Positions 1 to 11,105 of a stretch of DNA of 64,000 nucleotides are shown here, piece by piece. Both the position numbers and the translations under genes were made by a program. The stretch's first letter is position 1; every line of letters begins with the position of its first letter. Source of the stretch: Phyllosticta citribraziliensis (lineage: Eukaryota); the NCBI RefSeq assembly GCF_038025025.1, contig NW_027117342.1, positions 1,426,001 to 1,490,000 of the forward strand, in the 5' to 3' direction. The notes below the pieces were generated by a model, which was given only the letters and a program-made list of their open reading frames with translations, made no database searches and was not told the origin of the DNA.

Positions 1-426
1 AGAAGTCTTGCGACAGCTCGCAGCAGCAAGCTTGTCGTCTCGCCACCTAAGGTGGTCCAACTCGGAATTCCCGTGCCTGGTAGGCGGCACATTACATGCC
101 TACGCATGTGGCCCGCCCGGCCCTCCGACCGTTGAAGGTACGGTTACATAGGCGGCGCCATGTACCTGCCTCGTTCACCGCTTCTGCGGCGTCTGCCTTG
201 CCTTGGTTCAACTTTCTCGCCGAGCTGGCTAATGTAGCTGCTCCGGCTTGCTTGCTTGCTTGCTTGCCGTCGATGACGCAGCGCGGGCGCATGGCGTGGA
301 CGAAAAGGAACAGAACCGAACGGCCGCTTGCCCGTGGTTCGTTCTAGGCGAATCCGGAAACTGCACGCGTAGAGACGAGGTTTTCGTATGACTGGAGTCG
401 TGTGTCCGGTCCCGCTCCTTCTCCAT

Positions 427-456
427 CTTGCCTTGCCTTGCCTTGCCTTGCCTTGC
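427..456. repeat. (CTTGC)6 microsatellite; a (GCTT)n run lies at ~246-266
   Basis: Perfect tandem pentamer read directly from the sequence. Confidence 0.9.
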
Positions 457-1463
457 CGTGGCCTTTGGCGAAGCTGCTACATGCCGTATCGATCACTTCA
501 CGCTGGCTGAGTACGGTACGGTACAGTAGCTTTCTCTCGTAGCGAACAGGATTTCTGTGGACAGTTCGCCAACATTGATCTTCTGCTCGTACGAGTTTAT
601 ACGGGACTGACTGCTAGGCAAGGCCTCCTTCGGCCGATGATATATGAGTGCGGATTTGAGCTCCGGCGACCAAGTGTTCGTTCGGAGCTGGAAATGGTTG
701 GCATCACGTTTGATCCTTTCGTCTATTTTTCGGTTGTGTCGTCTTTGGTATTTCGCGAGGTGCGTCGCTTCTCATCAAAGTCAGCGTGACGTAAGGGCCG
801 AATATGCCGCATGATTTTGCGCGGTAGCTTGGAGGGTCTGTCGATGGTAGATATGCAGATAAACTTGCGGATGAGGGGTATGTACAGTGCCTCTGAGACT
901 AGAAGGCAAGAAACCCCCAAGTCCCGCGGAGAAGCATCTCCAAAACTCCGTACTATCCAAGAGCAGGCGTGACGGACTATTTGCATAAACAAGCGAGCAA
1001 TCGTCGTTTCTCCTTTGAGGGACCGGCGTGTTCATCCAAGCTCTTCTAAGAACAATTCAGTAGGAAGACTGGGGACTTTGTTTACCTGATTCAAGTGCCT
1101 GTGCCAGTGTGGCAGGTGATTCGCCAGTCGCGTCAGGGGAGCTCTAGTGCGGCTGAAAGACAAAGTTTCCGCATGTTTATCGCAACGACAGATCGCTTTG
1201 CAAAAAGTGCTCGACGAAGAGCATGCTGAGGACATGCGCGAGAATGACTTCTTGTCGATTTCTGCTGTTCATTGAAGACTAACTACGGCCGATGATGTTG
1301 ACCTCGAAGTTGATTCGGGATATCGTAAACATTGAAAAGTCGTTGAAACTTTTGCTGGCCGCTGGGTATATATGTTGAACTCTCGTTCGTGCATCTCATC
1401 ACTCCCCAAAACTCCTTTTTTCGAACCGCTTTTTTGGAAACCCATTTGAACCGGGTGGATGAT

Positions 1464-2606
1464 TTACTGCGAAAGATCCTCGCCCCACACCTGCTTTGCG
1501 ATTTCGACTTCGAGGCGAATCTTGGCCCACTGGTCCTCCTCGGAAAGCATGTTGCCCTCCATGGTGGAGCTGAAGCCGCACTGGTGGCTCAGGCAGAGCT
1601 GTTCAAGGCCACGGGGGCAGTACTGGGCAGCTTCGTTGAGACGCTTGATGATGGTCTCCTTGTCATCGAGTTGGCCGGCTTTGGACGACATGGCGCCAAG
1701 AACGACGACCTTGTTCTCTGGCAGGAAGCGGAGCGGCGAAAAGTCGCCCGAGCGGGCATCGTCATACTCCAGGAAGTAAGCGTCGACGTTGAGGTCTTTG
1801 AAGAGGACCTCGGCGACGGGCTCGTAACCACCCGAAGCGAACCACTGAGATTGGTAGTTGCCACGGCACAGATGGATACCAATGGTCATGTCGGCAGGGC
1901 GCTTGGAGATGGCGGCGTTGATCAGCTCAGCGTACTTCTTGGGAAGAGCATTCACGTCCTCGTTGCGCTGAGCAGCCTGCTCCCTCATCTGGGGATCGCA
2001 GAGGTAAGCCAAGTTGGTGTCATCGAGCTGGACAAAGCGGCAGCCAGCCTTGTAGAGGTCGTCAAGCTCTTGCTGGTAAACCCGGGCAAGATCTTCGAAA
2101 AATACGTCCAGGTCCGGGTACGAGTCGATGTCGATGGAGGCACGGCCACCGCGGAAGTGGACCATGGTGGGAGAGGGAATGGCGACCTTGGTCGTGGCTC
2201 CGGCGGGCTGGTTCTTTGCAATGGCCTGCTCGAGGAACTTGAAGTCGCCGACCTGGACAGGCTTGGAGTGGCCCAGCTTGCCAGTGACGCTGAGGGAGGG
2301 AGGCCCCTTCATGCCCCTCTTGATTTCATCGCTGCTCTTGATGTGGCCCTTGACGGTGACGCCGTCGAGCTGTTGCAGGAAGTCCAAGTGGAAGTAGGCC
2401 CTGCGAAACTCGCCGTCGGTGATCGACCGCAAGCCGTTTTGGATTTGCTTGGACACGACGTCCTCAATCCACTTGTCCTCGACCTGACTCAGCTCCTCTG
2501 CGGTGATCTCCTTGTCGGCGAATTTCTGACGTGCCTCCAAAACGGGCTTAGGCCGCAACCACGACCCGACATGGTCAGCTCTGTAGACGCCTGTAGGAAG
2601 AACCAT
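1464..2606 (-). CDS. Cobalamin-independent methionine synthase-like protein (single catalytic barrel, MetE C-terminal/YxjH-like)
   Basis: Intronless 380-aa ORF from ATG at 2606. Motifs RADHVGSWLRP, TDGEFRR and QLDD; predicted zinc ligands in HLCRGN, LEYD and HQCGF. Confidence 0.9.
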   Translation of the reverse strand: MVLPTGVYRADHVGSWLRPKPVLEARQKFADKEITAEELSQVEDKWIEDVVSKQIQNGLRSITDGEFRRAYFHLDFLQQLDGVTVKGHIKSSDEIKRGMKGPPSLSVTGKLGHSKPVQVGDFKFLEQAIAKNQPAGATTKVAIPSPTMVHFRGGRASIDIDSYPDLDVFFEDLARVYQQELDDLYKAGCRFVQLDDTNLAYLCDPQMREQAAQRNEDVNALPKKYAELINAAISKRPADMTIGIHLCRGNYQSQWFASGGYEPVAEVLFKDLNVDAYFLEYDDARSGDFSPLRFLPENKVVVLGAMSSKAGQLDDKETIIKRLNEAAQYCPRGLEQLCLSHQCGFSSTMEGNMLSEEDQWAKIRLEVEIAKQVWGEDLSQ

Positions 2607-3404
2607 GGTTGAATTGACGACGATGTTGGTGTGGAATGAAAGCCATTTTTCATTGGGAGAACGGCTTTTTGACTTTGGACAGAATACAGCCCCACACTCA
2701 AACAGCGGCAAGACGGAAGACTGGAGCACGGCAAATGCGAAGAGCGACACTGCCGAACTTTCTGAAGGCGTGAACCAGTCACGTTACTGCTTACTAACCC
2801 TCGACAAGCGAGTCGACTCGCGGACCAAGCGCCTCTGATGGACAAACATCACCAAGTCTATCCATCTCCATCTTCGCAACCTCATCAATCGCACTCTTCT
2901 CTGTCTCGATTGTCAGCTTGGCCACTGGGCACCAACGTCTTCGCGTGATCCTCGGAACATGGCTAAGCTCGCTTGGCTACAACGTGGACAACCGTGGTCC
3001 GAAAGCGGAGGCACTTCCTAGAGGTCCCGGACGGTCCGTCAGCATTTCCCCTCATTGACCACCATCCGAATGTCCTGGGGTTCTCTCTGTGCTCCAGTGC
3101 AGGGGTCCGTGGACTGTTAACAACAAGTCGTCATCGCCCAGACTCCTTCCGCATGACATCGATTGTCTGCAGGACGCATTGCCTCTTGAGCATTTCAGCT
3201 CACTCGTCTACACCGGAAAACCAATCTTCACTGTTCGGTGGAAATGTAAGAAATGATTATATGTTCTTTACCACGTCTGGCCCCAGTTCCCAGTAACGCC
3301 AATCCGTTTTTTGAACGCCGAGTTCTGGCCCATGAAGTAGTCAACGTTCTTCCATGTGGGCCAATGCTGTGAGGAAAATAGACGCGGCCCCGTGCCTCCC
3401 TCCA

Positions 3405-4861
3405 CTAGGGAGAGGCATTGTCAAAGTCATTCAACAGGGCTGATACAATGGGCTCGGAGCATACAAAACAGACATCCCGATGCGCCGTGAAGCCGTTGAA
3501 CCCGGAAGCGGTGCTCGTCGTGTATGCTAGAACATTGTCAGCCATGGCAATCGTCAAGAGGGTGCTGGAAGGCCAACCTCCCATGTCGCGGTAATAGAGC
3601 CAGTCGCCAACTTGAATATCGCCAGGAAGTCGGCACGTGGGGTTCACGCAATCCACGCTGTCGCATGTTGGTCCCCAAATGCTGTATTCCTGCAAAGAAG
3701 CTGACTCGACCCGCCCTCTGTCTTCCAGGACCGTGCGATTCGCCCTCCGAAAGACTCTCGGGACTGCTGGTACTTCGCAAAGCGAGTTGTAATGGCTTCC
3801 ATAGGTGCCATCGTTGATGTAAAGCATTGTCGGCTTGAGGTTGTTCGAATCTTCTCCCAGCGGGTCGCTGCCCCGCTTCGCTATCACCGTGGCCGCAGCT
3901 GTAAACGCGCTGTTGACCATGTAGCGACCCGGCTCAGCAATGACGCGGATGTCGCACGAGACGTATTGGTCCAAGGCTGCGTTGATGATTCCAGCCGTCT
4001 CTGCGAACAGCGGGCCGGCGCTGAACCCGCCGCCAATGTCGAGCGTATGTATCCGGAACCCACACTGCTCAGCCTGGTCGAGGACCTTGCTCGCATCGCG
4101 AACCGCTCGAGCAAAAGCGGTAGGATCCTTGCCGCCGCTACCCACATGGAAGCTTACTCCAACCACATCCAGCTCAAGCGCCTTTGCCAGCTTCAAGAGC
4201 TTTTCTGCTGCCTCGACGCGAGCTCCGAATTTGGCACTAAGCTGGCATAGCGCTGAAGGATCGCATGCCACAATTCGGAGAAAAAGCTGCGCCTCGGGGA
4301 AAATCTGCTTGATTTTGTGCAGCTCTTCCGCGCTATCGAATGTCATCTTTGAAACACCTTGCTCCCGCGCATACTTGATGGCAGACATGATCTTGCAGGG
4401 GTTGGCGAAGATGATGCGAGACGGGTCCACTCCCATGGCCAGTATGGTGCGAATCTCCGCAATCGAAGCGCAATCAAAACCTGTTCCCAGTGCGGCAAGC
4501 AACCGAAGAACCACTGGATTCGGATTGCACTTGACCGCTGTTGGACAGACGCGAATGTCAATAACTGAAGAGCTCGGGAACTTTTTCACCACTCACCGTA
4601 AAAGGGTGTCACGCGCTCCAATCGCCTTTCCCACTCGCTGTGGAGGCGATGGATCTCACCCAGATCGGCAACGAAAAAGGCGTCGTCTTCTCCTGGTCCG
4701 CTGGTTTCAAGATCGATGCTCTGGATTCTTTTGTGCAGCGCTTCTAGGACCAACCGCTCTGCATTTTGCGGCTGAGGCTTGGCTACCCGCTGATTGAAAA
4801 CCCCTTGGCGTTCGAAGAAGGTTCTCTCAGAGAACGGCAGAGATGCTACTCCTGGAGCCAT
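3405..4861 (-). CDS. Ornithine decarboxylase-like, fold-type III PLP-dependent decarboxylase (divergent paralog)
   Basis: Three exons (introns 4596-4538 and 3577-3527). Motifs PFY/AVKCN (PLP lysine), FDCAS, HVGSG, LDIGGGF, EPGRY, WGPTCD, MG/AYT and FNGF. Confidence 0.9.
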
Positions 4862-6268
4862 GAATGATGATGCAATTTAAACGCTAAGAGAAGCTCTTCA
4901 AGGGTTCGACAATGAGGTAAAGTCGTGATTTGCTCTGTTTAATGGCAAAGACTGGGAATTGAAAGACGAGTTGCTTTTTTTCTGGGCATTCGACATGGCT
5001 TTTATTGGTTCTGCTTACGGTCACCAATCCGTCAGTTTCAAGTCAATCTTGTCGGTTCTTGCTCTGGCAAAGGCTGTCGCGTTTCACGTTCGTCAGCGCT
5101 TCATGACGAAATATAGCGCAACCAGCACAGAAAAGGCAATCTGACCTCCGAGCGAAAGGCGATGAAGGAGAGGTTCTCCACGGACAACGGCAGGGCTCCC
5201 CGCGAGGTCGGCGAAAAGGACTGAAAACCCCGCAAAAACATGGGTTGTCGCAACTCGGAACAAGCTACGTGCGGCGAGGCAGTCGTGAGCTTCCAACAAA
5301 GGTGGACGCCATCCTTGATGCGACACAAGCGGTGGCCGGGCATTGTTGGCTCTAAACAAGCTGCAGGGTCCGCAAATTGTGGCGCCAAGAGAGAATCAGA
5401 CAAGCTTTGCGGCTCACGGCAATCACCCGCATCAGCGGTGAGAGGCGCTTTCGTCTCCATTCGTGGTTCGGCCGGCGTTCTGTAGGCTTGTCGCTAGCCT
5501 GGTTTGCCTTCACCATCAGAAATCCCTCAGCTACCGTTCCGCCTTGAACCGGTTACTGCGGCGCACCACGGACTCATCCGCCATCAAAACATTTCGTTCT
5601 GGAGTACCACGCTATGATTGCTTGGCTTGCATGGACATCCGCTGCTTGCATCATGGGCCTCATGGGTTGCTTGGCCAATTTGAATGCGCTTTCCAACTTA
5701 ACCTTCGTCATCCGTTTCTTGTCCAACGAAACATATCATAGTACTTACTTTTGGTGGCCTGTCTGTTGTCAGGAAAAGAGGCTCATAGGTCTAGGGGAGC
5801 CGTCTGCAATGCAAAATGAGTATTACGGGTCACGCTTTGACTTGCATTCTAGATGCGCTTCGGAAAGCAGGACTGAAGGTTTTGTCATGTCAACATTGAC
5901 GCTACCCTACTCCAGGCCATGCCACATGAAAACGGCAGGTCGGCGGCCCGGTCTTTGGACCAGCCACTGACCCTGCTCAACCAGCTACATGGACAAGGCG
6001 GGTTCAACTTGCTGAAGATCAGCCGCCCAAGCCCAGGTGACAGGATTGCATTTCTCTTGAACACCGGTCCTCGGCCGATTGCACAGCCTGGCCAGGAAGT
6101 CTTAGTCCATCGAGCAGCCGCTCCAGGAGCAGTCGAGCCTTCTCAAATAACTAATCTAGAAGTACCAATTACCCAGCCGCCACTTCTCCCATTCCTTAAT
6201 TCGCGGCATAAACACAGTATCCCGGTACTTCCGGTCGATGAAGGCACAACATACTTTATTTTTCCAAA

Positions 6269-8187
6269 ATGCCGCAAGAAAAAGGCTTGCATCCCACGGC
6301 CGTCATCATAAACGACAGTTCGAGTACCCTTGATGAGCTTCTGAACGAGCATGGCCTCGAGCTGGGATCGGATTCATACTTGCGCTGGAAATTCAACACC
6401 AATCAGCACCCACGTAATTGGAATTGGAAACGAAAATGCTTCGATATTGGTTTTGTCATGTTTGTGGAGATGTTTCAGTAGGTTATCACTTTTACATCCT
6501 TGGACCCGGCTGACATCCTCAGGTGTGCAATGAGCACGACCGGTGTACGTAAAATGTACATATCTCTCTCGATGGTGGCTGACTTTTGGCAGACTGCCGT
6601 CGCACAAGATGCGATACATGAGTACGGAATAAGTAAATCACTTGGTTACTTTACCTTCACTTCGGCGTCAGTGATCCAAGCCTCGTCCAATGTCTTTGGT
6701 ACTGATGTCGATCAGGTACTTGATCGGTGAGGGTATTGGAAGCATTTTCCTACCACCAATATCAGAAACGTTTGGTCGAAAAGCAACATATGCGTCTGGT
6801 GTCTTGGGGGACTGCATCTTCTCTGTGCTGGTCGCAGCTGTTCCCCCAACAGCACCGGGCGCCCTTGCGGCTGTCATCATCGGCCGTGGCATGTCAGGAG
6901 TCGTTGGCGCCATAACATCAACGGTAGGACCTGGAAGTCTGGAGGACGTGTACACTCCGGAGCATCGTATCTGGGGTGTCTTTGCGTGGACAACGGCCGG
7001 TAGTCTTGGGTTGATGTTGGGGCCCATTTACTCGGCTCACGTTGTGACATACCTGGGATGGTACGAAGCAAACTCACCGCTGCTCAAATGCTGCTGCTGA
7101 CACCACTTTTAGGCGTTGGGTGTACTATACGACTGCCATTGTCATGGGCATTTGCTTCTTCTTCTCCTTCTTCCTTCACGAATCGCGCCCGAGCTTCCTC
7201 CTCCAACAAAAGCATAAGATCATCCTTGGCAAGACGGGGAATACGTCGCTTCTCATTCACAATCCAGACGCCATCGAATCGGCCGTCGGATTTTTCACCG
7301 AGACCCTGTGGCGGCCCCTCCGCCTCCTCGTCACTGAACCCATCGTCATACTCTGCTCAGCGCTCAACGCCATTGCCTTTGGCATGATTTTCGGCCTTAC
7401 CGAAGGCCTGGACATCGTCTATCGTTCCTTTGGCTTCGACACAAAGACCGCTTCTCTCGCATTCCTGCCTCTCGCAATCGGCCTCTTCTTCTGCATACCT
7501 GCTCGCGTGCTCGACGTGCGTCGCTTCCGTCGCCTCGAGAAGGAAGGCGTACCGATCACCCCGGAAGCCAAAATCAAATCCTTCGCCATAGCCGTACCCG
7601 CACTTGCCGCTGGCCTTTGGGTATTCGCTTGGACCATCCCGCCTTTGGTCCCACACGTTTCGTGGGCAGTGTCGATGCTCGCGCTGATCCCTGTTGGCTT
7701 TGCGACCAACGACCTCGATGCCGTACTCGCGGGCTACATCGCAGATTCGTACGAAATGTACGCTGCGTCGGCATTCTCGTCACTCAGCATGCTACGCTCC
7801 ATCCTCGCAGCCGTCTTTCCCCTGTTCACGGGTCGCATGTTCGAAACGCTTGGGAACAATGCCGCATGCTCCGTCTTCGCCGCAATCACGACCTTGTTTT
7901 GTGTTTCGCCCATCATCCTGCTCAAGTGGGGCAAGCACCTCAGGGAGCACAGCAAGTTTGCAAAGTACAGCGCCGAGATGAGCGAGTTGAGCCTCGGTAG
8001 CGAGAGGCATAGCAGCGAAAAAGGAGTGGTAGTGCTGGGCAATGCGTCTGTGGTAAGACCCTCTGTCTCTGGAGAAGGCTTGGAGTCGTCTAGAAGCGAG
8101 GCTCTGCACCTTCCTGTCAACGAAGTGCAGCTGGTCACCGGAAAGTCGAATGGTCAAGAGGAGATTTTGATTGCGAGAGTTGTCTAA
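6269..8187 (+). CDS. MFS transporter, DHA1 (drug:H+ antiporter / polyamine transporter-like) family
   Basis: Five exons (introns starting 6478, 6545, 6667 and ~7061). Motifs HPRNW..KRK, SETFGRK, GW/RW.YY, ESRP, PLRLLVTEPIV and YAASA; many hydrophobic helices. Confidence 0.88.
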
Positions 8188-8794
8188 GTTTGAGCGCGTT
8201 CCATGCACTTCCATAACCTCAAAAGAGCCTGGTTCGATCAAATTCCGTGCTACTGGGGGCAAAATTCCTGATTTCATGCGTCGTTTGAGCCATCCTGCTT
8301 GAGCGTGGTGTCTTTGGAGTTGGATGGTCGCATTCTTGCAAGGTACTGCTACCATCAAACAGCCACTAATAGCTCCATGTACAATAGTGAAACGTACTTG
8401 CCAAGCGATTCGGTAGATGGGCTATTCGAGAGCATGCGGCATAGCCAAAGCTTCGCAAAATCAAGAGGAGTGATTTCGTGCTCGTTTGCTCCCACGATGA
8501 CGTGTGGTCAGGCACGATTTACTCTTCAAACTTGTTTGAGGTTCTCATCGGCCGCTTGCTGGCACACGCAGCACTTCATGTGGCATAGCTCAGCCATCAA
8601 CTCGCCCGATCGGGTAAGCCCACGTTGAAGGACGCTTCCACTGCGCCTACTTAAAACGCTTGACGAAAACGGCTTCTGCGCACACGACCTCTTTCCTTCT
8701 GCGTCAGCGTCTTCTCAGCGCCAACTCAATCCTCCTTCCGACCAACCGCATCCTCCCTCTTTTTCCGGCCAACTACATCGAGACAAAAGTGAAG

Positions 8795-9183
8795 ATGCCT
8801 GACACGTCAAAGAAGAACACCAGTGAGGCGCTCCAAGATGATGCGGGGGACCAAGGAGCGCATGCTAACCCAACCACCCGCCGCACAGACTCCTCGTCCA
8901 ACACCAACTCCGGCAAGTCTGGCAACAGCGGCGCCAAACCTAGCCAGTACGCTTTCATCAAGGAGGGCTGGGGCAGTCGCAAGGAATTCCAGCTGTCGTA
9001 CGGCTTGAAGAGTACGTGTACCTTCCGATCCCTTCGTTTGCCTTCGTAGCCCGGCGTGGGACACCGAAAGGGCTGGGTGCGCTAATCGTGTTACTGATCT
9101 CAGTGACCCCGGAGGATTTCGAGGAGGGCAATCGTATCTTGGAGGGTTTTGAGAAGCAAGGCGCGTTCGAAAAGAAGATGTAG
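8795..9183 (+). CDS. Small hypothetical fungal protein (WG..F.LSYGLK family), copy 1
   Basis: ATG 8795; intron 9012-9103 (GTACGT...CTGAT...CAG). Spliced C-terminus WGSRKEFQLSYGLKMTPEDFEEGNRILEGFEKQGAFEKKM*, similar to the next gene. Confidence 0.8.
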
Positions 9184-9677
9184 ACCGACTTGTGGGGTGC
9201 ATTCTACGGCCTGTATGCCGATTTCCGGGACGTGCTGCTATGGTTCAGGTTTTCAAAATTGACGGAAGATTGGGCTGAACGGCGCAGGGCATAGCAAATG
9301 GAGTCAGTGGTTAAACGCCTCTCTGCTGTCGAATTGAATTTGGGATTGATCCCAAGTGACGAGAGTTCGCATCTCCAGCAATACCTCCATATTCAAGAAT
9401 GAGGTGATTGTCGATTGCGGGGCTGTACAAGGTACCTACTTGGAACGCCTGTCACTTTTGCTTGCTGCGAATCAAGCAATGGAAGGGACCCATGCCTATC
9501 CGGGGCCCAACTCACAGGTCGGCTTTGCTTTATTTAAAGATTCAGCCTTGCCCCGCCCAACAGAAGGAATGAACACATTCAGGTTACCGACCAGTGTCCA
9601 GCAAAACGTGAGTCTGGCATGACATGGAAATCGGTGCGAGATAGATACTGACATCACAAGTCTCTCCAAATTCAAGA

Positions 9678-9941
9678 ATGCCCCCAAAAGAGGTCCCGAA
9701 GGGCAACGGGGCGACTCAAAATGAGAAGCCCAGCAAGACCCAGTTCATCAAGCAAAATTGGGGCTCCTACAATAATTTTCTCTTGTCATACGGGCTAAAG
9801 CGTACGTTTCTTCGGGTTCCGCCTGCTCTGGTGCGATTCGGCTCTGACGTTTTCTATAAAGCGGATCCTGATGGTCATGAAGAGGGCAATGCGATCTTGG
9901 ACGCATATGAGAAGCAAGGCGCTTTTGAGACGAAGAATTGA
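9678..9941 (+). CDS. Small hypothetical fungal protein (WG..F.LSYGLK family), copy 2
   Basis: ATG 9678; intron 9802-9861 (GTACGT...CTGAC...AAG) at the same position as in copy 1. Spliced WGSYNNFLLSYGLKPDPDGHEEGNAILDAYEKQGAFETKN*. Confidence 0.8.
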   Translation: MPPKEVPKGNGATQNEKPSKTQFIKQNWGSYNNFLLSYGLKRTFLRVPPALVRFGSDVFYKADPDGHEEGNAILDAYEKQGAFETKN

Positions 9942-10322
9942 GTCTGCGCGCTTCAATCAGTAGTCATTTAGAACATTGGTCCTGCTGATCGAGTATAAAT
10001 CGAGCATGTGTGAGCGCGTAAATTGATGGCGAGTAAGAAGCATTCGTGCATCGAGAAGATGGAGATTTGTGGAAGCCAAGGAGGCTTCGAGCGCGGGGGC
10101 AAAAGGTTTGTCGAACATTAGGAGGCTTCACATTGAGATTCACATTGAGCAAAGGTCTTGGGTAGGGTCATAGAGCAATGACCATTCAGCTATCCAGCTT
10201 GTGTTGTATCGAGTTTGCCTTGAATCAGGCCAAATCAGACTCCTTTGAGCAAGCAGTCGCCGCCCTTCCGTAGTCCCCACCCACGTCCAGCTACCCATCC
10301 TCCATGTCGATCAATTGTGCAT

Positions 10323-11105
10323 TCAATAGTTGCCGAGAAGATGACGAAGGGGAAAGCCCTCGAAGACCGTGACAGTGACCCTGAGAGAGAGGTCGCGCTC
10401 GTCGACGTACTGGCGACGGGCGAGCTTGTCGCGGACCAGCGGGTTGAGAGCGAACCAGATGCAGGTGTGGGGGCCCAAGAAGCTGTGCTGGTCACGCGCG
10501 TCGGCGCCTTGCTTGAGGACTTTGGTCTTGAAGTCGACGCGTCCGCAGCTGAAGGCGTTCTTGTCCTTGGCCGGAAGGTCTTTGTTCTTGATGGATTCCT
10601 TCATGTCTTCGCGGATGACGTCTTGGACCTGAGTCTCGATGTCGTTGGCGCACCAGTCAGCATCGACGATGATGCTCTGGCTGAAGATCCGGTGTGGCTT
10701 GGCCTGGGTGATCTTGTAGACGATGACCAGCTTCAAGACGAGTGGGAGGCGGACGACCAAGTTGATGTCGACGGGGCGAGCGGCCTTCTCCTCGTCACCC
10801 TCATGCTTCTCGGGTTCGTTGCGCTTTTGAGGGAGCGGCTGGGTTGTCATGAAGGCTCGGCCTGAGATGGGATCGGTGTAGTACGGGAAAGGTTCGGTAG
10901 TGACAGCACAGTTCGTCAAGATGCCCTGGACGGCAGGGAAGTAGTTGACACGGCCCCTGACCAAGCCGTTGGCGACAGGAGTATGAGGCTCAACGCGGTT
11001 GGTCGCAGGCTGAAGCTTGTCGCGAACAGGCGAGTCGACACGATCGTCGTCCTTCTTGGTCGGGATGAACGGCATCGCAAGTGGATTGAGGTTGAAGACC
11101 GACAT
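10323..11105 (-). CDS. Hypothetical protein with N-terminal PAM2-like motif
   Basis: 260-aa ORF with C-ending codon bias like the real genes here, starting MSVFNLNPLAMPFIP. No recognised domain. Confidence 0.65.
   Translation of the reverse strand: MSVFNLNPLAMPFIPTKKDDDRVDSPVRDKLQPATNRVEPHTPVANGLVRGRVNYFPAVQGILTNCAVTTEPFPYYTDPISGRAFMTTQPLPQKRNEPEKHEGDEEKAARPVDINLVVRLPLVLKLVIVYKITQAKPHRIFSQSIIVDADWCANDIETQVQDVIREDMKESIKNKDLPAKDKNAFSCGRVDFKTKVLKQGADARDQHSFLGPHTCIWFALNPLVRDKLARRQYVDERDLSLRVTVTVFEGFPLRHLLGNY

Noticed and set aside
1389..2612. 407-aa antisense ORF over the MetE-like gene
   Set aside because: Shadow ORF expected from C/G-ending codon bias; no motifs.
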